Assembly (NCBI RefSeq): GCF_001194135.2
Contig: NC_068989.1
Location: forward strand, 89,641,297 to 89,705,296
Reading direction: 5' to 3'
Length of the DNA: 64,000 nucleotides
From: Octopus bimaculoides
Lineage: Eukaryota
Position numbers and translations under genes: made by a program
Notes under the pieces: generated by a model
The model's database searches: none
What the model was told of the DNA's origin: nothing
Seen by the model: only the letters and a program-made list of their open reading frames with translations
Shown: piece by piece, positions 1 through 13,900 of the stretch
Layout of the letters: each line of letters begins with the position of its first letter
How positions within the stretch are numbered: position 1 is the first letter of the stretch

Positions 1-42
1 AGGTTCATTTTATTATTTTAGATCCCATGTGTCAAACACTTC

Positions 43-330
43 TTAATCGATATCTTGTAGATGTAGGCATGGCTGTGTGGTAAGTAGCTTGCTTCTCAAC
101 CACATGATTCCAAGTTCAGTACCACTGCATAACACCTTAAGGCAAGTGTCTTCTATTATAGCCTTGGGCTGTCCAAAGCCTTGTGAGTGGATTTGGTAGA
201 CAGAAACTGAAAGAAACCCAACATGTGTGTTTGTGTCTGTGTGTGTGTGTGTCTGTGTTTGTCCCCCAACACAACTTGACAACTGACGTTGGTGTGTTTA
301 CATCCCTGTAACTTAGCAATTCTGCACATT
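43..330 (+). mobile_element. tRNA-headed SINE, representative of dozens of copies (e.g. ~690-990, 5690-5850, 22380-22750, 27620-28080, 45020-45270, 49020-49410, 58500-59040)
   Basis: Recurrent head GGC(A/G)TGGCTGTGTGGTAAG...GGTTCAGTCCCACTG, a conserved body GGATTTGGTAGACGGAAACTGAAAGAAGCCC, and an internal (TG)n/(TA)n tract. Confidence 0.85.
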
Positions 331-2666
331 GTAATTGCTTTAATTTCCACACAGTCTCAGATCAAATCATTTCCAAACCAAGGACAATTTTCTATTTTGT
401 TAAGTTGTTATTCACTGGAACCACATAAATGTTATGCATTTCTTCTAAAAGCTGTTGGCTGTAAAAAAAATGGAAAAGTTACCAATTTATATCTACAGGA
501 ATGAAATGGTTAAAAAATAAAAATAAAAATTGAAGTTGATGTAGTACAAAGGAAAGTAGAATCTGCAGCACAGTTAAGATCTGTGAAACATTTGAAAGAT
601 TCTCAGTTTGGTTCAACTTAAAATAGATGTATACATCCACCATTTTATATATTTTTTCTTTGTTCTTTTCATCCAACTGCGGCCATGCTGGGGTACAACC
701 TAGGATGGTTTAGTCAAACAAATTCATCCCATACTTCTTTGTAAGACTGGGACATATTTTATTGCTCTCTCTCTCTGTTGCCAATCCATTCAGTTACAGG
801 GAAGTAAACAAACCAACATCAGTTATCAAATGGCAGTGGAGAACACACACACACACACACATATATGACAGGCTCCCACAGTTTCTGTGGTCAGCATTGG
901 TTAGGCCAGGGCCATAGTAGAAGATACTTGCCTAAGATGTTGTGCATTGGGACTGAACCCGAAACCATGTGGTTATGAAGCAAACTTCTTAACCACACGG
1001 CCATGTCTGTAATAAACTCGAATAGAGCAGCTTTTCAGAATTGATAGAAGAAGAAGAAGAAGAATTTGAGAGTAAAAAAAGTTAACTTACCATAGCTGGG
1101 ATTGAACTTACATTATTGAATACATAAATCGTCCTTTGAGGCCATGACAAAATCTATTCGTAGAAAGTGAATGTTTGCATCAGCGTGTGGTGGGATTAAA
1201 TAAAATGTTTGCTTTTATGAGGAAAATCAATCCGATGTAAGGATTCACTTTGGGATAAAATGATGGTAAGTTGTGGCGTTCATGTTGTTCTTCACTAAAA
1301 CATCCTTAAAGGTTGACAATAGATCCGGCATTCTTCGTTAAATCAGACATTTATCCACGACAGAGTTTGATGTGATTAAAATCAAAGTGAGATTCAGAGA
1401 ACGAGATATATTTCAGGCGCTGTAAAAGGGTGAACGAGTTCTACGTCGTCGGACAGATTCCTTCTTTTAAAAAAAATGAGCACGAGGCGAAAGTGACTCT
1501 TGGTTTTCATTCTCCCAGTTGTGTTGGGTGAAAAAGTTCAGAAACATAATTACCAATCATATATTTTAGTAGATCGATTGTCTTCAGGCAGTTCGCATCT
1601 TTTATTTGCAATCTTTCTTCATATCTGGGCCTTAAAGAAAAGAAAATAATAATAATTAACCTACAAACCAAACTTCAGAGAAAGGAAATTATTGTCTGCA
1701 TGGCATCTATTGTCAGGAATGTAACGCGATCAGCTCAAAGAATCCCGTCTTTGTCAATGTATAAATATTATTTACTAGTAAGTACAATCATCACCGAAAA
1801 TACTACAACTTATAAACTATACTGAGATCTTCATCGTTTCCTTCATAAAAGAAACTGGCTTCTTTGTAACAAACGAAAAGTAAGCTCTTAGTTAAAATTA
1901 ACATTAATATAGCAAAGTGGTTGGTGACGACGTTTGACCATTTTCATTTGTCGTCTTCATGAAAGAGACAAAAAAGGGTGCCCCTACCCCAAAGTGAGTT
2001 AAAAAGACCTAGGTGGGCAATCAAATTCCAAAACTCAGTCTTCGGTAATGTGACATTGATAAAACAAAAATTAAAGGAACACTAAAGAGGAAGCAAGTGG
2101 TAAAGCTAGGTTTCAATTCCCAGTCAGAGCCGTTTCCTTTTTATTTAAGAAAGGAAACACAAGATCTTCACGTCTTCGTTTGTCTCCCGCCCCAATAAAT
2201 ATCTATCCTCTGCACCGATTCAAAACATCGTTAACAACAATTCATTAAAATTCATTAAGACACGGACAACTATTCCAAAACTCTGCCACCAGATCATGTT
2301 CGGAACCTCTTACGCTTGTTGGAAGAGGAGGTTATACGACAAATTAGGGATTGAACAGATCTTTAAAGACAAGGGTATTAACAAATATATATATATATAT
2401 ATTACAGTTAAAAGGGTAAAGGTTTATCAATTTATTAATTTATTAATAAATCAACAATTAATAATTTTTACCAAGCCCTTCGGTATGTAAACACCATTAT
2501 CGGTGGAGAACTTATTTAAAAGTTCTTATACATTTATAAACATAATTAAGGGATCAGCAAACATTTGCTTCACCACATGCTATCTGTTGGAGTCTCAGCT
2601 TTTTTAGCTGCTATTTCTGAACTTCGGTATGTGGTGAAGCAAATGTTTGCTGATCCCTTAATTATG

Positions 2667-2712
<46 letters not shown>

Positions 2713-2809
2713 GAATGATATTTTTTTTAATGTTATTTAATATCTTACGACATAGTTGTTATTGGTGATACTGTTGCTATGACGGTTTCAGCTGGTGTGA
2801 TTAAATATT

Positions 2810-3560
2810 TCACAAGTGCCCCAGGTCGAGAATTGTTGAATGAGTTAATGAAGAGAGTGGATTGTGTAAAAGGAGAGAGATAGAGAGAAATACAGTGGGA
2901 AGAAAGAGAGAGAAAACTTCCTGTTTTGCTGGCAGAATCATAGGAAAATGAAGGAGGCGGAGGAAGAAAAGAAAAAGAGTAGCGTGAATGAAGGGAAGTA
3001 GAAAGAAATAGAAGTAGAATAAACAGTGGCGGTGGGACATTTTCTGTTCTATTGACAGAATTAAAGGAGGAAGGGTGGGAGGAAGAGAGAAAGAAAAGGC
3101 GAATAGAATCACCAAAGAAAGAAAGAAAGAAGCAATAAAGTTGAGGGGAGGGGTAGCATAGAGAAGTACAAGAGAATAAAGAGAGGGAAAACTTACAAAG
3201 AAAGGCAAAGAGAAAGAGAGATGATAGGTATATAGAGAGAAATTATGTAGGAAGAAAGAGAAGGAAAGACATCGATTTATTTTCTTTATTCGCAGATTAT
3301 AGGAAAATGAGGGAGAGAAGAGACGAAAGAGAATAGAACAAGATGGGAGTTAGTTTGAGTGAAGGGGAGTAGAGAGAAAATAGAGAGGGAAGAAAATGAG
3401 GAAAAGTGTCCTGTTGTGATTGAGAAATTATAAGGAAGAAAGAGAGAGGGTTAACCGTAAGGGTGGTAGAGAAAGATTAGAGAAACGAAAGGGGGGGGGA
3501 ATGTAAAACGGGGAATCTGTAAGGAGCAATAGGGAGGGGGATTATGGAAGTGGACTGACC
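2810..3560. repeat. Long purine-rich (GA) low-complexity tract
   Basis: About 750 bp dominated by G and A on the + strand. Confidence 0.85.
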
Positions 3561-4599
3561 AAGTAGAAAGTCCCTTATTTTGTTTTGGTCTTAAAGTATA
3601 AACCCCAACATGAGCAATGTGTGTGCGTGTGTCTTTTGTTAAAAGTTGTTCCTCTCATATATAATCCGTTTTTAACTGTGAACACGAATTAGAAGTCGAA
3701 GACCGCCTATCGTTTTTATAACTTTATCTAGTTCTAGTTCTACAGTCAAGGTCCTAAGAATTCAGAAAGGTTCGGGTGAACGTGAAATAATTCGTTTATA
3801 CTTTAATACCAAAACAAGGGGAAGGATTAAGCAGCAGAAGATGGGGGATGGGGAGTATACCCCAGAACAAACGGTATGTTCAGTCGCGCCCTGCGGACAT
3901 GACCGTGGTGACGTTGCCATGGAGAATGGTCAGCAGCACACATTGCAGCAGCCGCGCCACCCCGCAAGGGTAATTTCTCGAACTGTATCACCATTACTAC
4001 CCTGCTGCTAGCATTCCCAACTGGTGAATCTCCCACCCTACCTCATGTCCATCACCCAGTCCATCCCCGCCAAACCTTTCTCAATCTTGACAGATGTTAC
4101 CTACCTCTTTCTTCACCATTTCCCAAATCTCTTCCCCTCCCCGCCACCGTGCACTCATGCTAATCGCCACCCTCACAAACTTTTCGCTTCTCTCTGTCCC
4201 CACTCACTACTTCTCGCCTCGTGCCTTCTGGTGTCACCTGAACTCATCACCATCAGCTACCTCTTTGGAGAAACCACCGATTCATTTTCACTCTCTCCCC
4301 TAAATCCAGGTAGCCATGTAGTTCCTCTACCCCAACCTCTTCTCTCATCTTTAACCCCCTTCTAACATAAAGACGTACCCCCACCTCCTCAGCATTCATA
4401 GACTTGTAGGCTGCAAGGCAACCTCGGTAGTGATGGCGACACATACATAACAAAAAAAGCACACAACACATTTTGTAAAGTTGTTGGTGTTAGGAAGGAC
4501 ATCCAACCATAGAAAATATGCTGAAGCAGACGACTGGAGTACGACACTGCAGTCCTTGGACTCGTCGCATCCTTGTCGAACCGTCCAAACCATGGCTTG

Positions 4600-4725
4600 G
4601 TTTAAGGCGCGAGGCCTAGTGCTCAGTGTGTTGCACACAAGATCGTCAGATCCTGGTTTCGATTCCAAGATCAGGCGGTGTGTTGTGTTCCTGAGCAAAA
4701 CACTTCATTTCATATTGCTTTAACG
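4600..4725 (+). mobile_element. Second tRNA-headed SINE family (also ~11740-11865, 30340-30470, 38130-38260, 41050-41200, 44340-44460, 55230-55340)
   Basis: Head GGCCTAGTGGTTAGGG...GGTTTCGATTCC followed by GTTCTTGAGCAAAACACTTCATTTCAC. Confidence 0.75.
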
Positions 4726-6077
4726 CTGTGTAGGAATCAGCATGTCAAAGAATATAACCAACGTTTTCTCTCCGTATTGTAAAAGGCGACTAAAAGAGGT
4801 TCAGGTAGGATTTGCACTCTGACTTCGTAAAACCCTCACCAGCAACCAGTGACTACCCAAACAGATCCATGGGTTGGAGGGCTGTCACACGAGTGGTGCA
4901 AAGGTGTCATGCCAAGAGATAGGAGTAGTAAAGAATCACCAACAATGGTGGATGCAGGGACGCGCTGTTACAGTGCATGCCTCCATCACTACCGAGCAGT
5001 TCGGGTTCCTTTAACGGAGTTTACTCTACAGTTTCCTGTTTGAAGCTTTCTTCCTCTTTTCCTCCTACGATCCTCGAAAATCTTTTAAAGGGTTCTGGGC
5101 ACTGCCTTACTACGTGATTAAAAGATAGAGTATTATCTATGCAGAGAAAAGGGCGTAAACGGTGCGGGGAAGTAACAGAAAAGGCTAAGGGTACTCGCAT
5201 TTCCTCATCTGAGAGAAATATGGCGATTCCAAAGTCGAAATTGTTTTCAGAGTGAAAAATTCTTTATTATTATGCGTACGTGTCTTTCGTCTTGCTTGAT
5301 TCCGTTCTTCCTTTGGAAATCTTGTCTACTGGCTTTTTCGTTCCCTTCCGTTCGTAACCAGCCCAATTCCAATTCTTTTTTGGTTAGTTGTTAAATCTCC
5401 AGGTTAATCGCATTCGCAAGACAGGTTAGATTTCCAATTGAAATCGATTCAATTCATTTATGCACAAATGAAAGTCATGAACGTCACAACTTCTTATTTT
5501 TCCGAACCAAAAATAAGCCTGAAGAACTTTTTGTGTCTGTCCAGTTGAGTGTTTTACAACATTAGGCAGAGAAGCCTAATATCAGAACATGTGCCTTCAC
5601 AGTTCTATTCTGTTTTTGGCAGAAAATTTCTTCAGATCATTGTTTTAAACCTCAGATGTAACGAATGAAACAAAACAACAGTAAAGACACACACACATAC
5701 ATACAAACGACGGCCTTCTTTCAGTTTCCGTCTATCAAATCGACTTATACAGCCTTAGCTATAGTAGAAGACACTTGCCCAAGGTGCCAAGCAGTGGGAC
5801 TGAACCCAGAACCATGTGGATGGGAAGTAAACTTCTTACCACACAGCCACGCCTCATCGCGGACATTACCCTGAGGATTGTAAATAATCCTGATTTATTA
5901 GAGTTTGTTTCAGTTTATCGTAATACCAGATTAGCTCTAGCAGAATCATGACGGAAATAACTAAATCGTTCAGTTTGATTGATAAAATTAGTGTGATGTG
6001 TCCTTTTTGAATCGTAATGTTATCAAACAGAAACGTTAAAAGAGAAAATGGAAATGAAAGCTAAACATACATGCTAT

Positions 6078-6293
6078 CACTCACGTACAGATAAGTAGAC
6101 AGCAGTTGAGAAGCAAGTCTAGCCAATCATAGACCACGATAGCACACAAGGAACGAAAAGGTACAGCTATCTTTTGATTGGCTGAATTGTAAGACAATTT
6201 CTAATTATAGCCAATTGAATTGCCTCAAAGCGAAATCGGCTGGCTAGGCTCGTTTTACCACACTCTCTGGAGCCTACTCGTTTCATATAAATA
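6078..6293 (+). promoter_or_regulatory. H2B promoter: three CCAAT boxes and a TATA box
   Basis: CCAAT 6123-6127, ATTGG 6177-6181, CCAAT 6211-6215, TATAAATA 6286-6293 (about 140 nt upstream of the ATG). Confidence 0.75.
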
Positions 6294-6432
6294 AAAATGA
6301 AACGCATTGTTCCAACCGTTGCTTTAGCATTTTTTCTTACTCTTCGAAATTCCTTCTTTTTTGTCCTTGCTACTACCACTGTTTCATTGCCAACCAACTG
6401 CCACGATCATCACCACTGTTCTATTCTGAAAC

Positions 6433-6801
6433 ATGCCACCCAAAGTGAGTGCTAAAGGAGCTAAGAAAGCTGCGAAACCGAAACCGGCCCGCAGTGGTGA
6501 CAAAAAGAGGAAGAGGAAGAGGAAGGAAAGCTATTCTATCTATATCTATAAAGTATTGAAGCAGGTGCACCCGGACACGGGTATCTCTAGCAAGGCTATG
6601 TCCATTATGAATAGCTTCGTCAACGACCTGTTCGAAAGAATCGCCGCAGAGTCCAGCCGCCTTGCCCACTACAATAAACGATCGACCATTAGCAGTCGTG
6701 AGGTGCAGACAGCAGTTCGTCTCTTGTTACCGGGTGAATTAGCCAAACACGCCGTCTCAGAAGGAACCAAAGCCGTCACGAAATACACCAGCAGCAAATG
6801 A
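6433..6801 (+). CDS. H2B: Histone H2B, intronless, 122 aa, mildly divergent
   Basis: [12 protein letters not shown]...[36 protein letters not shown]...[26 protein letters not shown] is the H2B histone fold and C-terminus. Confidence 0.99.
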   Translation: MPPKVSAKGAKKAAKPKPARSGDKKRKRKRKESYSIYIYKVLKQVHPDTGISSKAMSIMNSFVNDLFERIAAESSRLAHYNKRSTISSREVQTAVRLLLPGELAKHAVSEGTKAVTKYTSSK

Positions 6802-7044
6802 GAGAAGACCATTTGATCCTCCCTCCCTCATTTTATGGGGACTTATACATACATCTATGTTGATGTACTTTCATCTTCCTCAACTTCAACGAATCGGCAA
6901 TACTCGATGGAAACTTATAAAATACATTGCATCACATTAACATCAGAATTTGATGTTTATATTTATAAACATTCGCATACATAAACACATTCATGTTTAC
7001 ATCTACAAGTTGATTTAAAATGTTCTATATACTATAAACTCCAA

Positions 7045-7988
7045 AATAAAAACTAAAATCACTACACCTATATCTATTGACATTTGTTATTCAAACAACA
7101 CATTCAAGCATATAAACATTTCAATACAATTCTTAATTCTTAAAATATCTTATAGATTTAATTTAAATCTATTTAAACAGTTTTTTTTAAAGAGCTGGTC
7201 ATATTTTCTTTTCTAAACATATTTTACAAGCAAACATACTGTAATAACTAGATCGTTCCTGTTATTACGTTTTATGTTTGTCACCTGAAGATATAATGTA
7301 AATATGTGTTAAATATAAACACAAACATCAGTGTAGTTGTGTTTGGAAACCACAGCCAGCAAATATTCGTAAGGAGAAAATAACGAGTGACTGCCAACTC
7401 TATACCAACCCCCATCCATTTATCTCTCTCCAAGAGATACACATATTCCAAGATATTCTGGTGCTTTGTATTTTCACCTTCATTCCCACCCCGATCTGTG
7501 CAAGACTGAACGACGTATATTGAAGCTAGTACCCGTTGAGTGTGGGTACCTTCAGCTTCATTCCGTTCTTTCAATACATCTGCTACTATTTACTACCGTT
7601 TCCATAATTATTCCAGTTACAAGTATCCCTATCCGACTCTCTTCAAAAAACAAAACGACAAATTGGAACTATATTTATTCCAAGGTACCCTTGGAACAGT
7701 TATTTATTCTACCCCATCTTTCGTCATCATCATTTTACCTCCACCACCTCCCATAAATCATTTATTGATTGATAATGTTTGGTAGTGGATTTGATTTTAT
7801 CACTTACAGAAAGTTCAATTCTACATTTTTAATATGTGCATATCATTAATTGTATATATCGGTATATTTAATCACAATCCTTTCAAATCATCTTTTTTTT
7901 TAAGAGGAAAAAAAAAACAAAATCTTCACTTTTGAAACAAAACAAAAACACAAAATAGAGTAAAAAAATTTCATTATTCGAAAATAAA
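7045..7988 (+). terminator. Candidate H2B polyadenylation signals
   Basis: AATAAA at 7045-7050 and at 7983-7988, the latter followed by a T-rich tract. No histone stem-loop consensus is seen after the stop codon. Confidence 0.4.
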
Positions 7989-10900
7989 TTTTATTTTGAC
8001 AGTTTATCAAAATTTAAAGACATTTCCGTGGCTTGTTTTTAGGTGATAACATGAATAAATTTAATGAAATGCGCAAAACATGGTTGAAAGTATTTTAAGA
8101 CGGACAAAATTATTTTTGGTTGTTGAAAGTATAATTTTGGTCATTTAAAGATGGGGAAATAAAGAAGTCAAAGGTGAGTCGGTAGACCCCCAAATCTAAT
8201 TAACTCATTATGTATCACAATATGAGGGCAACCTTTCACAAAATACTTCGCAGTATTTTTTCCGGCCCTTTAACCCGAGTTCAAAAGCTGCTGTGATCGA
8301 TAAAATCAAATCCTAATCATGTACTGGATTGGTTTAATCGATTAAAACCTCTCCCTAAAATTGCTGGCCCTGTGCCTAAATTAGAAGCAATTCTATCATA
8401 ATACGATTCTGATACTTGGCAGTCTGTGTATTGAATTGATCGTATAAGAGAAATGAGTCTCTACATGATCTACGAAATAGAAATAGCAGCCAAATCGTAC
8501 AATAAGTCTATAAAAAAGGAAAAACACGTTATACAATGTAGTCCCCTGATGAAGAAAACTAAACAGCGAATGTTGATCCTGCGTTTTTAAAATTTTTTTT
8601 TATTATGTTACCCTCCGACTGATAAATATTCGGAAATAATTAATTCTCAATAACAGTTGGCTGGGTTCACTTTACTATTTTAACCAAAGGACAGTTTAAA
8701 TTAGACTAAAGATAAAAAGGAAAAAGAGAGTATAGGCGTGTTTGGATCGCTTTTTTTATCATCCGGTTCACTCGATCGGTACAGATCTGGACATGAGACT
8801 AAAGAAGGGAGATGCGATTAGATATTCACAAGTTTCTATAGAAAGCATTTCACTAAATTCATTCTTGTTGGAAAAAAATTGTTTTTTTACCATTCCCTTC
8901 AATTTTATTTTCTTGGTATGAATTCTTGGGCTCTTTTGTATTTTAACTGTGACAATTAAAAATAAAATTACATTAATAAGGCTTGCGAAAAATTATAATT
9001 TATTCGGATAGCCAAGTAATTTAAGCTTGCAATATTTCATTTAATGACCTACGAATTAGATATAATTATTTAATGTCCTGCTCACCTGTAAATAAGATAC
9101 GAGTGTGTATACTATACATACATATATTTGCTAAGAGCTTGATTAAAAAAAAAAAATAACCACAGTTAAAATACAAAGTAACCCATTCCTTCTCACCACA
9201 CCCCTCTCTCTCTCCTTTCATTATCGTTATAAACATTACTGTCTAATCAGGATAATGAATGACTCATAACCACAAACAGTAAATCTCGTTTAACAGCACA
9301 ACTGCTCATTTATGCATTTGGTGTGTATATTACATGTGTGTTAACACCTGCTGTTGACAGTCTGATACATTAAAGGTTTCAAGTGTCTGGAACACTCAGC
9401 CATTAACGATGTGCAGGTACTTTTATTGATGGAGCATTGATTTTCAAAACTGATAGATTAATCCAATCGCACGTACTGCCCAGAATAATATAAAGAAGTG
9501 AGATTACCATATGGAAGATGTTCGTGCGTCTTCGACAGTGAGGGACTTGATGCTCTATAACTACGAGTTGTTTATTCTACTCTGTTCCTATTAAGAAAAG
9601 TTTTTAGACAAATGAAGCGACCTGATTAAGTATCCCTTGTACTGAATAAACTTTCAGTTCCGTTTTAATTCTACCGCTGTCAGCCTCACCTTTCATCTTT
9701 TCTGAGGAAATAGAATAATTACCATTTATATACGGGAGTCGATTTGACTGACTACATACACACACTATTTAAGGAGTGTCCTTTTTTGAAATAAATGAAA
9801 TATTTTTTGACAAGACCTCTCTATAGTTTATTTCACCAATGTTGGCTGGGCGAAATGGGGATTGAATCAAATGGATTTTAACCGGAGAACCTCCAGGAGT
9901 AGGGGACAAAGCAATACTTATATATAACTATGTTTCAACTTAGGCGAGATGCGAACAATTTTGAAGGGAGGGGATTAATCAATAAAAGTAGTGAAAGTGC
10001 TCAACTGGTCCTTACTTTATCTACCTCGATAGGATGAAAGGCAGTACCGGAATGAGTATCGCAAGGCATTTTTATCAGAATTTCCAACGATTCTGTTAAT
10101 CTATGCCCTTAATGCTAATGTATAATAAAAGTTAAATAGAAACTTTATTATTTCTAAATCTCTCAACATACAGTAACAGTACTTTAAAGTAAAGATTGTC
10201 CGGTTAGAATGAACGTTATTGTTGTTTTAACCCCAGGAAACAACAGTAAGATTGTTTGCTGGCAAACAATCTTTCCTTTATAATAAAAGTTGTCATTGAT
10301 TAAGCAACAAGCTTTTCACTCGAATAAAAGAAAAATTGATCTTTTCGTTATCAGTATTTTTATTTGCGTCGTAAAATTTACTGACAACACACAAATGTCA
10401 CTACCTCGGCTCTTGTAGAGTACAAGCGGTTATTTTCTAACATTCGCTCAAGGTTTCTAATTTGAGAGGAGGGCTTCAGCTGATTACATCGAATTCCGTA
10501 CTCCGGAAAGCTGATCTTTGTTGGATCTGAACGCGGAAAGTAAGGAACCGGAATCACGCAGCGCATTTCGTCGGCTGTTTTAACGACCCTGCCAACCCAC
10601 TCTCTCCCTCTCTCTTACATCGCATATACAACAACGAAACGCCAGATAAAAAGAAAATACTGCATCAAAAATAGTATTTTTCCTGTTTATTTCCGTATAG
10701 AAATAAACTTGAGAAAATTATTTTGTTAAAAGAGATTGCTATTGTAAAAAAAAAAATGTTCTTTTTTAGGGAGAAAAAGACAGTGTAGTCTTAGTGCCTT
10801 CTGTCGGCAGCAAATGGTGGAAAATCACACCTGTTTTGTAGACTTAATCGTTTCATAACACTCATACAGACTAGATTTCTTGCTCTGCCAATAATTTTGT

Positions 10901-13900
10901 ACCACAAATGTGTAAACGCGAGGAATTGCCAAAGTTATGGTCTGCTACTGTCTAAGAATGCTCTCTCATTACAAATTGGCGACATCGAAACTTTGCAGCG
11001 CAATGCGGCATTATATCCACATTACAGTTATACATGTACGTTCAGCACTGTTAGAAACATCAGTCAAATATCCCTCAAATTGAACGCTACTGTCCTCAAT
11101 AACAAGGAAAGGACATGTTTATGTCCTGGTGCCCAACATGCTAGAAATAGCAGTCAAAATTATAAACATAGTAGGCTGTGAATAATTTATATGTAGGTTT
11201 GACCCTCTTCCGAGATTAATGGTTGGAATTTAACCTGACATGAGACCAGGTCTGAATATTTACAAAACAATGAAATCCGCCAAAGGACTTCAACGACGGT
11301 GCTAAAACAGGAGAGCAGAGATTAAGTCAACCATCCATTTTTGAACTATGGAAGCTCGGAAGGGTCACCCAACTTACTAGAAATAACAGCCGGATCATCC
11401 TCAATCCACATTATCTTGAACAAGTGTAACAAAGACGGTTTATGTGGCAAATGTAGATTCCCTTCAAAAAGATGGACGGTCATAGAATAGTGGGTTTTTT
11501 TCCTTTTCTTATATGTTCTGGTAAGTGACTTGGTGTTAAATACAGTTGAACTGAAAACATCCTGAATTACGAAAATCACGATAAAGAAGTCTTGCAAATG
11601 CTTTCCTCTAAATAAAAGTTCGCTTTTTCCTTAATATAAACGTTTACCATCAACCCCTGTCTCTCGTCCTAGGACTGATTAGGGCCGGTTAAAAGGTTTT
11701 TCAAGCACAATTTCCCCTAGAACGAGACGCCAGCTGAGTAGACCGAAGCAACGTGAAATTGAATTTTTGTTCAAGTACACAACGCGCTGCCCACTCTTGG
11801 AACCGAAACCACGTTCCTGCAATCGAGAGTGCAACACCCTAACCACGAGGCCACACGTTTTCATGCTTTAAACATTTCGACATAAACAAGTTATAAACTA
11901 GATTTATCTCCCTTGCAAAAATCCACCTTGGTGTCTTTTTTTTTTTTTAAACAATGTTGATTATTAAATTAAACGTTCAGTTAAATATTTGTAGCAAAGT
12001 TCTCTTAATTTGATCTATCATCTTGCATTCATATATTAGTTGATGTATATTACATTGATTACCGTATAATATATATTTTCGGAATTCCAATCTAAACGAA
12101 CGCCATTAAAACTGAATGAAATTCTTTAAATGTGTTACGCTTCCAGAGTAATTTATTGCCATTAAAAAATACAACTATAAAGAATTTTCTGTAGGAAATG
12201 CAACGTAAATTATACGATTAGCGCAAATTCTACGGTTCATAATGCCCTGGACAAGCTGAATTTCAGCAACCTTATGCATTTTTCCCCAAGGAGGTAAAAC
12301 TCTAAACGCAAGAATACCGTTTATAGAAAACAATTCTAGCACAGCATCATTTCAAATTCTTTCATTACAATATAGCAGCACCACAATATTCCACTCTCAC
12401 AATCACGACCTCACGCAAGGAATTTTTACATTATCTTCACGAATTCGTAGAACTTGATGTCGTGATGGTTCGATTTGATCGTACCTTCTTCAGCCAGTCC
12501 TGTAATAATAATGTGCAAAGTTGCCTAACACCATCATCACTTCGTATAATACAAGACACATCATCCGGTGTTCAAATCACAACTACTGTCCTTTTTCTGG
12601 CAAGTTAAACAACCATAAAGTTCATTAGCTGTCTTGCAATGTACTATAGAAATTATGTGTATAGTGTCTATTATTATTATTACTACGGGTCTATTTTAAA
12701 GGCCCCTGGAGGATATATATATATATATACACACACACACATACAATGTGCAACATGGGTGAATTCTAAGTTTATTTCTTAGATAAACATGCAGTACTGA
12801 ACCGTCATCGCACTTCCATAAAGATTAAAGATTATGTATTTTGTACTCGGGGAAACTGCCATAGCTGGGCCATTCGTTTCATATATAAGATTCGATCCCA
12901 CAACATAACTTCTTGGGCAGGGGTATTCTACCATAGCTTCTCGTCGACCCAAATTTAGATATGGAGAAACTTGTCGAATGGACTCTGTTACTGAAAAGAT
13001 CCAGCCTTGTTTACAATGTGTCACGCAGATTGTGCCCGATAATTGCGTGAATGGGATATTCAACCAACTACACTGAAAATACTCATCGTCGAAAACGACG
13101 AAGGCTCCATATCTCTTGAGTTTGGACACACAACTCAGTTCTAAATCTAAAATAAAGACTGGAGTCTTTCGCTTGGCAACAAGGCGGTTACAGGTTCGAC
13201 CCGTCACANNNNNNNNNNNNNNNNNNNNNNNNNNNNNNNNNNNNNNNNNNNNNNNNNNNGGGGGGGGGGCTTAAGTTAGACCTGGGTAGACGAAAACCCG
13301 TTGTGTGATTTGTGTATTTATGTTTATCAAGTATCAAACCATATCGCTGTTTGTCTAGAATGAACACACAAGTTGTACACTTAAATTAAATACAATGGTC
13401 AACATGCTCGACTAATTTCCTTGAAAGCGATATCGCAGATTAAATAGTAGAAGAATGGGTGTATTTAGTAATAGAATGTGGTTAAATCATTTTCGTCAGA
13501 CGAAAAAAAAACAAAAAAAAAAACACCCGTCTAAAATGAAAAATTCTGATCAAAGCAGAAAAAGTCCAAGATATTTCAAAAGCCCACCTTGGAATTAAAA
13601 TTGAATGAAACTAAAACTACCCTTCAAAGCAGTGACCAAGAAAGTTCCATTAATTGAAACCTTAAGATATTAATTGCAATTGATTACACATTGTAAATAA
13701 CTATGAAGAGGAAGAAAAAATACAATGACATTCACTTTAACAGAAAATATTTATTTAACAATAGAAAACAAATTGTCCATTTTTTATAAGTTTTACACAT
13801 TTTCTAAAAAGGTTTTTCTGACAACAATTTATAATTAAATATCGCCTCTTGTTGAGGGTACCCGATGTCTTTATATAGTATGCAAATAGTTTTTAAGTAC

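Noticed and set aside
6826-6840. Hairpin CCTCA-TTTTA-TGGGG about 25 nt after the H2B stop
   Set aside because: Only a 5-bp stem with a G-U pair; it lacks the GG...CC base, 4-nt loop and AAA/ACA flanks needed for SLBP binding.
12435-12500. Short minus-strand peptide ending IKFYEFVKIM*, EF-hand-like
   Set aside because: The calcium-loop residues are missing and no upstream exons were found.
12779-13207. 142-aa minus-strand ORF with some Cys spacing reminiscent of sushi domains
   Set aside because: No complete domain pattern, starts in a SINE head next to a gap, no supporting exons.
13180-13300. tRNA-like GGTTCGA B-box motifs here and elsewhere
   Set aside because: SINE heads; no complete cloverleaf could be folded.
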